From positions 4,050,001 to 4,082,000 of the forward strand of contig NC_011979.1 in assembly GCF_000022265.1 (NCBI RefSeq): DNA of 32,000 nucleotides, given 5' to 3'. Source of the DNA: Geotalea daltonii FRC-32. GTDB taxonomy: Bacteria > Desulfobacterota > Desulfuromonadia > Geobacterales > Geobacteraceae. The notes below the pieces were generated by a model. That model had not been told where the DNA came from, made no database searches, and was given only the letters and a program-made list of their open reading frames with translations. Of this stretch, positions 9,281-19,214 are shown piece by piece; the stretch's first letter is position 1, and each line of letters opens with the position of its first letter. The position numbers were made by a program, and so were the translations under genes.

Positions 9281-11974
9281 TTACTTCTTACCCACTAGAG
9301 TGAGCACCGCCGGCAGCGTGATAATAAAAGCCAGCTGACAGGCAACCATCCCCAGGGACATGACCGCGCCGATACTGAAAACCCCCTGGTGGTGGGCCAC
9401 CATGAGTGCACCGAAGCTGGCCATGATGGTCAGGGTATTGAGGATGACGCCCACTCCAGTGCTGCTTGTAACAACTGCCGTTGCCGAGCCGTCCTCGCGG
9501 CGGAAGCGGTTGATGATGTATATGCCCGAATCGACGGCGATCCCCAGGACCAGCGGCATGACGATGATATTGGCCGAATTGAAGTTGATGCCGAACAGCC
9601 ACATGCCGCTAATCATGAAGAGGACTCCGACCACCAGCGGTACCAGCCCGATCAGTGCAAATTTGATGCTTCTGAAGGTAATGAGCAGGATAATGACGAT
9701 GGCGATGAAGGCGTAGACAAAGGCCTTCATGTAGGAGTCGCGCATGATCGTCATGGATTCGTAAACCATCACCGGTTCGCCGGTGGCATGAATATCCACC
9801 TTGCGCACGTCATCGAGGAATGCCTTGAGCGGCTCCCGGTTGAAGATGTCGTGCTTGGGCACCACCTGCAGCATGTAGCGGCCGGTTTTGCCGACAAAGC
9901 GGTCTCTCAGCTCCTGGGGTATTGCAGATGCGGTGACAAGCTCGGCGTTGAGACTCTCCTTCAGGAACTGGATCTTCTCGGGCAGCTCGGCAAACATCCC
10001 ACCCTGAAAATCCTTGAGCATACCCACCGCATTGCGATCCTTCTCCTTTTCCAGCTTGGCGAAAAAGGTATCCAACGTCGCCAGGAAGGCAGCCACCGGC
10101 TTTGCTTCCGGCTTGCCTTCCTGCTCAAGCTTTGCCTTCAGCCGTGCCACAGCATTGCGGAAGTTTTCAAAAACCTCCGGCAGTTCCATGAGGCTCAGGT
10201 CTTCCTCGTACTCGCCCGGCTTTATATCGGAGAGTTCGTTGCGCAGAGCTGTCAGATCAGCTACCTTCTGTTGCTGATCCTCGGGAACGAAAGAGTTGAA
10301 ACTGACCACGTGGTCGACGGTGGGCAAAGACTCCAGCGCCTTGGTCTTGGCCGCCGCATCTGCAGCCGAATCAGCCGTTACCACGGCAAAATAGCCGGAA
10401 TTTTCCGAGTTGCGCATCAGCTTGTAGGCGTACCTTACGGACTCCAGCCCCCGTGCCTGGAGGTTCATCAGGTTATAATCGAAGGTAATCTGCGACAGGG
10501 GATAGAGTGAGGCGAGACAAAGAATTGCCGAAATGGCCACCACTGCCTTGGGATGACCGAAAAGAAGCTGCTTGGCTGATTCAGTGAGGGATGAGGAGTG
10601 AGGGGTACGGTCTGAACCAGTCGATGGCGCCTTGATTTTGCGATATCTGGCCAGAACTACCAACATGGCCGGAAGCACGGTAAAGGTTATGATGACGCAG
10701 ATGGCCACGCCGCCGGCGGCAATGATACCCAGCTCGGCTATGCCCTTGAAGTCGGTGAAGATGAAGGTAAGGAAAGCGGCGGCAACGGTGGCCGCAGCCA
10801 TGATGATGGCCCAGACATTATTTCTCACCCCGGTCTCAATGGCAACGAGTGGCTCAGCCCCTCCCGTCAACTCCTCCTGGTAGCGGAGCACCAATTGGAT
10901 GCCGTATTCGATGCCGATGCCGATGAGCATGATGGCAAAGACCATGGAAAGAATATTGAGGTGCCCGATGGCCAGGGTGGCAAAGCCAAAGGAAAGACAG
11001 ATGGCCACCACCAGCGAAACCATGGCGGCAACGACATTGAGCACCCCGCGGAAGGCGACCAGAAGGAGGATCACCGTCAGGATAAGGGAAACGATAGTGG
11101 CCAGGGTGATATCGCTCTGGCTGGTGCTCATCTCCTCGTGTTCGAGAACCGGGTTGCCGGTCAGACCGGCAGAAACACCCTTGAATTGAGGCTGCTTGCG
11201 AAGTTCTGCCAGATGGGCACGGATGACCTTGATCGCCTCTTCTGCAGGGACAAAGCTTGCCTGGTTCTTCACCGGCAGAGCGGTAATGACCTGCATCTTC
11301 CCGGCCTTGCTGAAACTTGATTCCTGACCATCCTTCCCCTGAAAAAAGAACTCTTCCAATGAGGGAGGGGTAGCTGTGCTATCGCCAAAGCTCTTGAAAC
11401 CGATCCCGAGCTTTTCCAGCATGAAGGTCAGACTGCCCAGTTGCGCTTCAGCGCCTGGAGAACTGCTCCCTTTGGCCACATAGCCATCAATTTGTCCGGT
11501 AAGATAAGTAAAGAGGGTCTGTACCGATGGGGAGGCGGACAATTCCTTGAGCACCGGCTTCAGGGCGGTCAGGTTCTCCCGCAAGCCCTTGACGTCCGCC
11601 GCCGGCATGAAGAGCAGGCCGTTCTTCTTGAAGAACTCCAGACCAAAAGGATAGAAAACATCCTGGAAGTGCTGCTCGTCGGCAGCCAGTTTTTCATAGA
11701 GTGCGGTACCGAAACGGGCCGCCCGCTCCTGGTCGGCACTTTCGATGACGATGACGATATCGTCCATGTCGCCGAATTCCTGGCGCCAATTGCGGTAATC
11801 CTGATGATAGCCCGTGTTTTTTGGCATCAGATCATCGCGGCCGGTAAGAAATTCCATCTTCTTTGCCGTATAGACTACCGAGAACAGAGAACCGAGCAGG
11901 GCAACAACAAGAATGACACGGGGATATGCAGCAACAAAACCGAAAAGGCCTTTGAATCGTTTTTCCGTTTTCAT
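9281..11974 (-). CDS. hpnN: MMPL/RND-superfamily transporter, hopanoid transporter HpnN-type
   Basis: It is about 897 aa with two 6-TM MMPL-type hydrophobic bundles separated by large soluble domains. It is divergent from shc. The start was set at MKTEKRF, with AAGGAG 5 nt upstream. The track ORF extends to 12016. Confidence 0.7.
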   Translation of the reverse strand: MKTEKRFKGLFGFVAAYPRVILVVALLGSLFSVVYTAKKMEFLTGRDDLMPKNTGYHQDYRNWRQEFGDMDDIVIVIESADQERAARFGTALYEKLAADEQHFQDVFYPFGLEFFKKNGLLFMPAADVKGLRENLTALKPVLKELSASPSVQTLFTYLTGQIDGYVAKGSSSPGAEAQLGSLTFMLEKLGIGFKSFGDSTATPPSLEEFFFQGKDGQESSFSKAGKMQVITALPVKNQASFVPAEEAIKVIRAHLAELRKQPQFKGVSAGLTGNPVLEHEEMSTSQSDITLATIVSLILTVILLLVAFRGVLNVVAAMVSLVVAICLSFGFATLAIGHLNILSMVFAIMLIGIGIEYGIQLVLRYQEELTGGAEPLVAIETGVRNNVWAIIMAAATVAAAFLTFIFTDFKGIAELGIIAAGGVAICVIITFTVLPAMLVVLARYRKIKAPSTGSDRTPHSSSLTESAKQLLFGHPKAVVAISAILCLASLYPLSQITFDYNLMNLQARGLESVRYAYKLMRNSENSGYFAVVTADSAADAAAKTKALESLPTVDHVVSFNSFVPEDQQQKVADLTALRNELSDIKPGEYEEDLSLMELPEVFENFRNAVARLKAKLEQEGKPEAKPVAAFLATLDTFFAKLEKEKDRNAVGMLKDFQGGMFAELPEKIQFLKESLNAELVTASAIPQELRDRFVGKTGRYMLQVVPKHDIFNREPLKAFLDDVRKVDIHATGEPVMVYESMTIMRDSYMKAFVYAFIAIVIILLITFRSIKFALIGLVPLVVGVLFMISGMWLFGINFNSANIIVMPLVLGIAVDSGIYIINRFRREDGSATAVVTSSTGVGVILNTLTIMASFGALMVAHHQGVFSIGAVMSLGMVACQLAFIITLPAVLTLVGKK

Positions 11975-12191
11975 AAATCTCCTTGAAGATAAACAGCAAT
12001 CAAGCTTATGTAACACAGCCGCGTGGTGAAATCAACCACGGCCATCAAGGGTTGAGGCTCTTCGAATCATTGGATGGCGGGCAGAAACATGATTAAGGGT
12101 ATACCTTTTTACAAAATTGTGCTATTCGTACCGACTTGTATCTGAAGGACAATTTGCAAAAACTAACGAGAAAAAAGGAGCATGGTGTGTA

Positions 12192-14258
12192 ATGAGTCCT
12201 TGTAAACATCCCATATCACATGCACTAACATCCTTTAACGGCGAAACAGCCGATAGCGTACCTGTTCAGACTCCCAAAACAGGTGCCAAGATACACCACC
12301 TCCCCCCTTCCATCTGGAAAAAGAAAGAAGGGGAATTGAAGAGCCCCCTGGATATCGCCATCGAAAACAGTCGCGACTTCTTCTTCCGCGAGCAGCTTCC
12401 GGACGGTTATTGGTGGGCGGAGCTCGAATCAAACTGCACCATCACTGCCGAATATGTCATGCTCTACCATTTCATGGACCTTGTCGACCGTGAACGAGAG
12501 CGGAAAATGGCCAACTACCTCCTCAGCAAACAAACTGAAGAAGGATTCTGGACCATCTACTACGGCGGCCCCGGTGATCTTTCAACCACCGTCGAGGCCT
12601 ATTTTGCCCTGAAGCTGGCCGGATACCCGGCCGATCATCCGGCTATGGTCAAGGCGCGCGCCTTTATTCTCGACAATGGCGGCATCATCAAAACCCGCGT
12701 CTTTACCAAGATTTTCCTCGCCCTCTTCGGCGAGTTCGCCTGGTTCGGCGTTCCATCCATGCCAATAGAGCTCATTCTGCTGCCCAACTGGGCATATTTC
12801 AATATGTATGAGCTTTCCAGCTGGTCACGAGCCACCATCATCCCCCTGTCGATAGTCATGACACAGAGACCGGTGCGTAAATTGCCGCCGGCTTCCAGGG
12901 TTCAGGAATTGTACGTTCGTCCCCCCAGCCCCATCGATTATACCTTTACCAAGGAAGACGGCATTTTTACCTGGAAGAACTTCTTTATCGGCGTCGACCA
13001 CATCCTCAAGGTATATGAGAGCAACCCCATTCGCCCCTTCAAGAAAAAGGCGATGCTCGCGGCTGAAAATTGGGTGTTGGAGCATCAGGAAGCAACCGGC
13101 GACTGGGGCGGCATCCAACCGGCCATGCTCAACTCGGTGCTGGCCCTGCACTGTTTGGGTTATGCCAACAACCATCCAGCCGTTGCCAAGGGGCTGGAGG
13201 CGCTGGAAAACTTCTGCATCGAGAGCGAAGACAGCCTTGTACTGCAATCCTGCATTTCGCCCGTCTGGGATACGGCGCTGGCATTGAAGGCGCTGGTGGA
13301 TTCAGATGTACCCAACGACCACCCGGCGCTGGTCAAGGCGGCACAATGGCTTCTGGACAAGGAGATCCGCAAGGCCGGCGACTGGAAGGTCAAATCGCCG
13401 GAGCTTGAGCCGGGAGGGTGGGCTTTCGAGTTCCTCAACGACTGGTATCCCGATGTGGATGACTCCGGTTTTGTCATGATGGCCCTCAAGGATGTTGCCG
13501 TCAAGGACCGCAAGTCAATGGATACCGCCATCAAGCGCGGCATCAGCTGGTGCCTGGGCATGCAGAGCAAGAACGGCGGCTGGGGTGCCTTCGACAAGGA
13601 CAACACCAAGTACCTGTTGAACAAGATCCCCTTTGCCGACCTTGAAGCCCTTATCGACCCCCCCACTGTCGACCTTACCGGACGGATGATGGAGCTCATG
13701 GGAACATTCGGCTACGCCAAGGATTACCCACCTGCAGTCAGGGCACTGGATTTCATCAAGAGGAATCAGGAGCCGGACGGCAGCTGGTGGGGACGCTGGG
13801 GGGTAAACTACATTTACGGCACCTGGTCCGTTCTGTGCGGGCTTTCCGCCATGGGTGAAGACCTCAACCAACCGTACATAAGAAAAGCCATCAACTGGCT
13901 GAAATCCCGGCAGAATATAGACGGCGGCTGGGGCGAGACCTGCGAATCCTATCATGACTCGTCACTGGCGGGCATAGGCGCCAGCACCGCCTCACAGACC
14001 GGTTGGGCGCTACTGGCACTGATGGCTGTCGGCGAAGAAAATGCCAGCGCCGTCGCCCGGGGCGTACAGTATCTGCTTGCCACCCAGAAGAGCGACGGCA
14101 CCTGGGATGAGGACCTTTATACCGGCACCGGTTTTCCAAAGTTCTTCATGATCAAGTACCATATCTACCGCAACTGCTTCCCCCTCACTGCACTGGGCAC
14201 CTACCGCCGGAAAACGGGGGGAAGGGCCGAAATGCAAGTCAGTGAGCATAACAAATAA
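12192..14258 (+). CDS. shc: Squalene-hopene cyclase
   Basis: The catalytic DxDD motif is present (DVDDSGFV), together with multiple QW repeats (QSKNGGWGAF, QEPDGSWWGRWG, RQNIDGGWGE, QKSDGTW). The start was set at the ATG at 12192 (MSPCKHP), with GGAG 12 nt upstream. The track ORF starts at 12117. Confidence 0.93.
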   Translation: MSPCKHPISHALTSFNGETADSVPVQTPKTGAKIHHLPPSIWKKKEGELKSPLDIAIENSRDFFFREQLPDGYWWAELESNCTITAEYVMLYHFMDLVDRERERKMANYLLSKQTEEGFWTIYYGGPGDLSTTVEAYFALKLAGYPADHPAMVKARAFILDNGGIIKTRVFTKIFLALFGEFAWFGVPSMPIELILLPNWAYFNMYELSSWSRATIIPLSIVMTQRPVRKLPPASRVQELYVRPPSPIDYTFTKEDGIFTWKNFFIGVDHILKVYESNPIRPFKKKAMLAAENWVLEHQEATGDWGGIQPAMLNSVLALHCLGYANNHPAVAKGLEALENFCIESEDSLVLQSCISPVWDTALALKALVDSDVPNDHPALVKAAQWLLDKEIRKAGDWKVKSPELEPGGWAFEFLNDWYPDVDDSGFVMMALKDVAVKDRKSMDTAIKRGISWCLGMQSKNGGWGAFDKDNTKYLLNKIPFADLEALIDPPTVDLTGRMMELMGTFGYAKDYPPAVRALDFIKRNQEPDGSWWGRWGVNYIYGTWSVLCGLSAMGEDLNQPYIRKAINWLKSRQNIDGGWGETCESYHDSSLAGIGASTASQTGWALLALMAVGEENASAVARGVQYLLATQKSDGTWDEDLYTGTGFPKFFMIKYHIYRNCFPLTALGTYRRKTGGRAEMQVSEHNK

Positions 14259-14283
14259 CCAGGCCCCAGATCAGATTCGATCC

Positions 14284-15270
14284 ATGAAAGTTTTCATCAC
14301 CGGAGCAACCGGTTTCATAGGCGCAAGCATCGTCAGGGAACTATTGAAGGACGGAGCTACAGTCAAGGCCCTGGCCAGGGCAGGCTCCGACCGCAGCAAC
14401 ATCAATGGGCTCGACGTTGAAATATGCGAGGGGGATCTCTGTACCCCTGAGTCCCTGGAAAAGGGCATCAGGGGCTGCGATATGGTTTTCCATGCCGCAG
14501 CCGACTACCGGCTATGGACGAAAAAACCGTCGCAGATGTACGAAATCAACGTAAACGGCACCCGTAATGTCCTTGCTGCCGCACTCAAGGCCGAGGTTAG
14601 TAAGGTAGTTTACACCAGCAGCGTCGGCACCCTGGGCAATCCGGGCGATGGCAATCCGGGTAACGAGTCGACACCTGTAAGCCTTGTCGACATGGTCGGC
14701 CATTACAAGAAAAGCAAGTTTCTCGCCGAGCGGGAAGCGGAATCCTTCATCGCCAAGGGACTGCCGCTGGTCATCGTCAATCCGTCCACGCCGGTCGGCA
14801 GACTTGACATCAAACCGACCCCCACCGGCAAAATTATCGTCGATTTCCTCAACGGGAAAATGCCGGCATACCTGGATACCGGCCTCAACATTATTGACGT
14901 GGAAGATTGTGCCCGTGGCCATATCCTGGCTGCCCAAAAAGGGCGCATCGGCGAAAAATACGTCCTGGGCAACAAGAACCTGAGCCTGAAGCAAATATTC
15001 GCCTCGCTTGAGGAAATCACCAGGCTCCCGGCACCCAGGGTCAGACTCCCCTACTATCCCATTCTTTTTGCCGCGTACGCCAACGAGGCACTGGCGGCAT
15101 TGACCGGCAAGGAACCGCTTATACCTCTGGCCGGTGTGCAGATGGCACGCAAATTCATGTTCTTCGACTCTTCCAAGGCTGTAGAGGAACTGGGGCTGCC
15201 GCAGAATTCTGTAGCCGACGCCCTGGCAAAAGCAGTAGAATGGTTCCGGCTTGAAGGCTATGCCAGGTGA
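14284..15270 (+). CDS. hpnA: NAD-dependent epimerase/dehydratase, hopanoid-associated sugar epimerase HpnA-type
   Basis: A Rossmann motif sits at the N-terminus (MKVFITGATGFIGASIV), and the SDR catalytic YxxxK is present (YKKSK). It lies immediately downstream of shc. Confidence 0.75.
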   Translation: MKVFITGATGFIGASIVRELLKDGATVKALARAGSDRSNINGLDVEICEGDLCTPESLEKGIRGCDMVFHAAADYRLWTKKPSQMYEINVNGTRNVLAAALKAEVSKVVYTSSVGTLGNPGDGNPGNESTPVSLVDMVGHYKKSKFLAEREAESFIAKGLPLVIVNPSTPVGRLDIKPTPTGKIIVDFLNGKMPAYLDTGLNIIDVEDCARGHILAAQKGRIGEKYVLGNKNLSLKQIFASLEEITRLPAPRVRLPYYPILFAAYANEALAALTGKEPLIPLAGVQMARKFMFFDSSKAVEELGLPQNSVADALAKAVEWFRLEGYAR

Positions 15271-15275
15271 ACCCG

Positions 15276-15358
15276 GTTCGAAGTTCGAAGTTCTAAGTTC
15301 GAGATTGAAATTCGCCTTTAACATCGAACGCCGAACGTCGAACGTCGAACTTTCTTTT
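15276..15358 (+). terminator. Long imperfect hairpin built from heptad repeats, followed by a T-run (hpnA/dxs intergenic region)
   Basis: The left arm (15276-15302) is GTTCGAA GTTCGAA GTTCTAA GTTCGA. The right arm (15324-15350) is TCGAACG CCGAACG TCGAACG TCGAAC. The arms are complementary at 22 of 27 positions. The loop is about 21 nt, and TTTCTTTT follows. Confidence 0.45.
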
Positions 15359-15369
15359 AAGAGGTATGT

Positions 15370-17280
15370 ATGTCCAATATTCTCAACAGAATAAACAGCC
15401 CCGCAGACCTGAAAACGTTAAAAGAAGATGAACTGCTGCTGCTGGCCGGTGAAATCCGCCAGTTCCTTCTCGATACCGTTTCCAGGACCGGCGGGCATCT
15501 GGCTTCCAATCTGGGTTGCGTAGAACTGACCCTGGCACTGCATTACTGTTTCAACTCCCCAAGCGACAGCATCATCTGGGATGTAGGACATCAGGCCTAT
15601 ACCCATAAAATCCTCACCGGCCGCAGGGATGTTTTCCATACCCAGCGCCAATATCAGGGCATCAGCGGTTTTCCCAAGCGCTCCGAATCTGCTCACGATG
15701 CCTTCGGCGCCGGCCATTCGTCCACCTCCATTTCAGCCGGCCTTGGCATGGCAGTGGCCAACTGCCTGAAAGGCGATCCAAGCAAGGTCATTGCCGTTAT
15801 CGGTGACGGCAGCCTCACCGGCGGCATGGCCTTCGAAGCCCTCAACCAGGCAGGGCACCTGCGCAAGAACCTGGTGGTGGTCCTCAACGACAATGAGATG
15901 TCCATTTCGAAAAACGTCGGCGCCCTCTCCACCTTCATTTCGCGCAAGCTGACCGGCAATTACTATCGCGACCTGAAAAAGGAGATGCAGAGGCTGTTGC
16001 AGAATATCCCCGCCATCGGCGGCAACATCCTCCATTTTGCCCGCAAAGCGGAAAACTCCCTCAAAGGATTCCTCACCCCCGGCACCCTCTTTGAAGCCCT
16101 CGGCTTCGAATACATCGGACCGGTACACGGCCACGACCTGCCCCAGCTGATCGAAATCATGCAAAACGTGCGGTCACTGGAAGGGCCGGTCCTGGTCCAT
16201 GTGGTTACCACCAAGGGAAAAGGTTACCAGCCGGCTGAAGACACCCCCGATAAATTCCACGGCGTCGGCCCATTCGACATCAAGACCGGCAAGGTCACCG
16301 GAGGCAAACCGGGAGCTGCGTCTTACACCGGTATTTTCGGCGATACCCTCTGCAAGCTTGCCGAAGAGGATGAAAAGATCGTCGCCATCACCGCCGCCAT
16401 GCCTGACGGCACCGGTTTGACCAAATTTTCAAGGACTTTTCCCGACCGCTTTTTCGATGTGGGCATCGCTGAGCAGCATGCCCTCACCTTTGCCGCAGGG
16501 ATGGCCACGGAGGGGTTCCGCCCGGTGGCCGCCATCTATTCCACCTTTGCCCAGCGCGCCTACGACCAGATCTTTCACGATATCTGCCTGCAGAAGCTGC
16601 CAGTGACGCTGGCCCTGGACCGGGCAGGCCTGGTGGGAGACGATGGTCCGACCCATCACGGGGTCTTTGATCTTTCCTATCTGCGTCACCTGCCGGAGAT
16701 GACGGTAATGGCGCCAAAGGATGAGAATGAGCTGCAGCACATGCTGAAGACCGCCATTTATTCAGACCAGCCCATCGCCCTGCGCTACCCCCGTGGTGCC
16801 GGTTACGGCGTTGCCATGGACTCTATCCTCAAAACCATTCCCCTGGGGGTGGCGGAACAGCTGGCCAAAGGGGAGGATATCACCCTCATTGCCATCGGTA
16901 GCACTGTTTATCCGGCCATGGAAGCGGCTGAACAGCTGAAGGCAAAGGGAATCAAGGCCTGTGTCATCAACGCCCGCTTCGTCAAACCCCTTGACCGCAA
17001 CCTGATCCTCTCCGCTGCCGGTCGTAGCGGCTGCGTCGTCACCGTAGAAGAAAATGCCCTCCAGGGAGGCTTCGGCACAGCGATAATGGAGCTCTTGTCC
17101 GATGAAGGCGCCGGCATCAAGGTAAAAAGAATCGGCATCCCCGACCGCTTCATCGAACAGGGGAGCCAGGCCCAGCTAAGAAAAGATCTGGGACTCGATG
17201 CTGCCGGCATCGCCCAGGTTGCGGAAGATTTTCTCAAAACCGGCAATCAGATCCAGCCTGGCCTGGTCCGGGTAAAATAA
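15370..17280 (+). CDS. dxs: 1-deoxy-D-xylulose-5-phosphate synthase
   Basis: A 636 aa ORF with the typical Dxs N-terminus ([10 protein letters not shown]...LAGEIR), the GHLASNLG and [16 protein letters not shown] motifs, and the TPP-binding [21 protein letters not shown] lies upstream. Confidence 0.95.
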   Translation: MSNILNRINSPADLKTLKEDELLLLAGEIRQFLLDTVSRTGGHLASNLGCVELTLALHYCFNSPSDSIIWDVGHQAYTHKILTGRRDVFHTQRQYQGISGFPKRSESAHDAFGAGHSSTSISAGLGMAVANCLKGDPSKVIAVIGDGSLTGGMAFEALNQAGHLRKNLVVVLNDNEMSISKNVGALSTFISRKLTGNYYRDLKKEMQRLLQNIPAIGGNILHFARKAENSLKGFLTPGTLFEALGFEYIGPVHGHDLPQLIEIMQNVRSLEGPVLVHVVTTKGKGYQPAEDTPDKFHGVGPFDIKTGKVTGGKPGAASYTGIFGDTLCKLAEEDEKIVAITAAMPDGTGLTKFSRTFPDRFFDVGIAEQHALTFAAGMATEGFRPVAAIYSTFAQRAYDQIFHDICLQKLPVTLALDRAGLVGDDGPTHHGVFDLSYLRHLPEMTVMAPKDENELQHMLKTAIYSDQPIALRYPRGAGYGVAMDSILKTIPLGVAEQLAKGEDITLIAIGSTVYPAMEAAEQLKAKGIKACVINARFVKPLDRNLILSAAGRSGCVVTVEENALQGGFGTAIMELLSDEGAGIKVKRIGIPDRFIEQGSQAQLRKDLGLDAAGIAQVAEDFLKTGNQIQPGLVRVK

Positions 17281-17323
17281 TCTCGTCAAGTTTTAAAACA
17301 GCATGTGCATGAAAGGATAGTTA

Positions 17324-18322
17324 ATGCGTTTTCCCCTGCGTCTCAATTACGATCTCACCAAATACATCGTTGCCAACAAAATGAATAAGGTTGACAAATA
17401 CCCGCTGGTGCTGATGCTTGAACCAACCCATCTCTGCAATCTGGCCTGCTCCGGCTGCGGCCGCATCCGCGAGTACGCCGACACCATCCAGGAGATGATG
17501 TCCCTGGAAGAATGCCTGAACTCGGTTGATGAATGCCCGGCCCCGGTTGTCACCGTCACCGGCGGCGAACCGTTCCTTTACCCGCATATCTTCGACCTTA
17601 TCGATGGGGTACTGAAGCGGGGCAAGCACATCTATCTCTGCACCAATGCCCTGCTGCTGGAAAAAGCCCTGGACAAGATGCGCCCCCACCCCAACTTCAC
17701 CCTCAACGTACACATGGACGGCATGGAAGAAACCCACGACCGCATCCTGGAGCGCAAAGGGACCTTCAAGACCGCCATCGAGGCCATCAAAAAGGCGAAG
17801 AAGCTCGGCTTCCGCGTCTGCACCAACACCACCATCTTCAAGGAAACTGACCTGGTGGAGATCGAAATGCTCTTCTCCAAACTGGAAGAGATCGGTGTCG
17901 ACGGTCTGCTGGTTGCACCGGGCTTCGGCTATGAGGCCGTTGGCGAGAAGCTCTTCCTGGAGCGGCGGGACATCGAAAAGAAATTCGAGCAGGTTTACGA
18001 AATGAGCAAGCGCTTCCGCTTCTTCTCAACCCCCATGTACCTGCGCTTCCTCAAGGGAGAAAAGAAGCTGGAATGCACCCCCTGGGGCAATCCTACCCGG
18101 AACACCCAGGGCTGGAAGGCCCCCTGCTATCTCATTACCGACGCCCACTACAAGAGTTTCAAAGAAATGATGGAAAAGACCGAATGGGAAAAATACGGCG
18201 TCGGCAAAGACCCCCGCTGCGCCCAATGCATGATGCACTGTGGCTTCGAACCGACGGTCGTTGGGGAGATTGGCAAAAGCTGGAAGGATATTTGGGAGAT
18301 GATTGTTTGGAACCTGACTTGA
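17324..18322 (+). CDS. hpnH: Radical SAM protein, adenosylhopane synthase HpnH-type
   Basis: It has the CxxxCxxC radical-SAM cluster motif (CNLACSGCGR), is about 330 aa, and sits in the shc-hpnA-dxs-hpnH context. Confidence 0.8.
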   Translation: MRFPLRLNYDLTKYIVANKMNKVDKYPLVLMLEPTHLCNLACSGCGRIREYADTIQEMMSLEECLNSVDECPAPVVTVTGGEPFLYPHIFDLIDGVLKRGKHIYLCTNALLLEKALDKMRPHPNFTLNVHMDGMEETHDRILERKGTFKTAIEAIKKAKKLGFRVCTNTTIFKETDLVEIEMLFSKLEEIGVDGLLVAPGFGYEAVGEKLFLERRDIEKKFEQVYEMSKRFRFFSTPMYLRFLKGEKKLECTPWGNPTRNTQGWKAPCYLITDAHYKSFKEMMEKTEWEKYGVGKDPRCAQCMMHCGFEPTVVGEIGKSWKDIWEMIVWNLT

Positions 18323-18341
18323 GAATCGGGTATATTTGAAT

Positions 18342-18377
18342 AAAAGGCCGCCTTTCTGAAGAGGGCGGCCTTTTTTG
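18342..18377 (+). terminator. Rho-independent terminator after hpnH
   Basis: AAAAGGCCGCC (18342-18352) pairs with GGCGGCCTTTT (18364-18374), followed by a T-run. This is the last backbone feature before the island. Confidence 0.75.
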
Positions 18378-18548
18378 CTTCGGATGGAGCGGTTTCAGAC
18401 CGCCCTGCTTGACATCTTTATTCAGAGTAAATGTTTTTCAGGCTCTTTATCCTTTAAAGAATTGATTATGTTAGTTAAACCAGAAATAGCCGTAAACAGG
18501 TCACCTCATGACGGTTGACTGACCACCTGAAATCATTTTGTCCAAAGG

Positions 18549-18935
18549 TTACTGCAACCCTAGATTTGCAGTATTTATGAGGTATTTTAAATCGCCAGCT
18601 TCATCTACCGTTACAACTTGTATTACAGCTGTTCCAGTTCCTTTAGTTGCCGGTGTCTGATATTTACCGGTAATCTGCCCTGCAACTGTGGTATAGACCT
18701 GAAGTTGACTGTTCGCCCCACTGGTCGTCCCATCAATAAAACTGCCACCAGCGGAGTTTTGTACGAAAAGCGCTGCAGCAGTCAAACCGACTCTTGTCCC
18801 GTCTGGCACCATAGCCCCATTCTTATCACGGATATTAACTGTTACCGTTGCAGTGTTAACTCCATTCGCAACGAGTGTAGACGGATTAGCTGAAATAGAG
18901 GCATTGCCGATGGCAAAAAGACTTACACTGCCTTG
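18549..18935 (-). pseudogene. C-terminal fragment of a bacterial Ig-like (Big_1/invasin-type) domain surface protein, 5'-truncated
   Basis: The hand translation is open upstream of the track ORF: ...SISANPSTLVANGVNTATVTVNIRDKNGAMVPDGTRVGLTAAALF...VIQVVTVDEAGDLKYL. It follows the Ig-like domain pattern (A-N-G-x-x-T-A-T-V-T-V). There is no start codon, and the frame runs into the tandem repeat at 18942. Confidence 0.5.
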
Positions 18936-18941
18936 CCCTAT

Positions 18942-18991
18942 TAAGTTCTGGGGTAAGTTCTGGGGTGTCAGGTAAGTTCTGGGGTGTCAGG
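18942..18991. repeat. Tandem repeat array at the left flank of RAYT element 1
   Basis: The array is TAAGTTCTGGGG (12 nt), then 2 x TAAGTTCTGGGGTGTCAGG (19 nt). The last GGTGTCAGG is also the outer 9 bp of the left terminal inverted repeat. Confidence 0.8.
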
Positions 18992-19214
18992 CTTGACTTT
19001 CGGACATTTCTTCCATCTCGCCCCGTAACTCCTCAAGGAGTTTTATCAGCCGAGCATCTGCCTGCCGGATCAAGCGCTGCGCTGCCTTGCCAAGGGCAGT
19101 GATATCACGTTGCAGCACCTTGCCTAGTTCTGTCAGGGTGAGATGCGGTGATTCCTGGACAAGAACTGCAGCAACTGCTCTTGCCTCGCTGAATGGCCTC
19201 TTCTTTCCAGGCGC
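18987..19214 (-). pseudogene. Detached DnaA_C-like HTH tail of RAYT 1 (75 codons in frame after the TAA)
   Basis: Reading on after the stop in the same frame gives APGKKRPFSEARAVAAVLVQESPHLTLTELGKVLQRDITALGKAAQRLIRQ... This aligns with CPGKERAVARAKAIFCYLAVREYGYTGTEAGKVVGIGSAGASIAARR of RAYT 3. The final TGA lies inside the left terminal repeat. Confidence 0.6.

Noticed and set aside
9389-10510. A 373-aa plus-strand ORF, along with several others, lies antisense to hpnN.
   Set aside because: It lies entirely inside a well-supported MMPL transporter gene. Its product is His/Asp/Gln-rich with no motif, which is a typical shadow ORF in GC-rich DNA.
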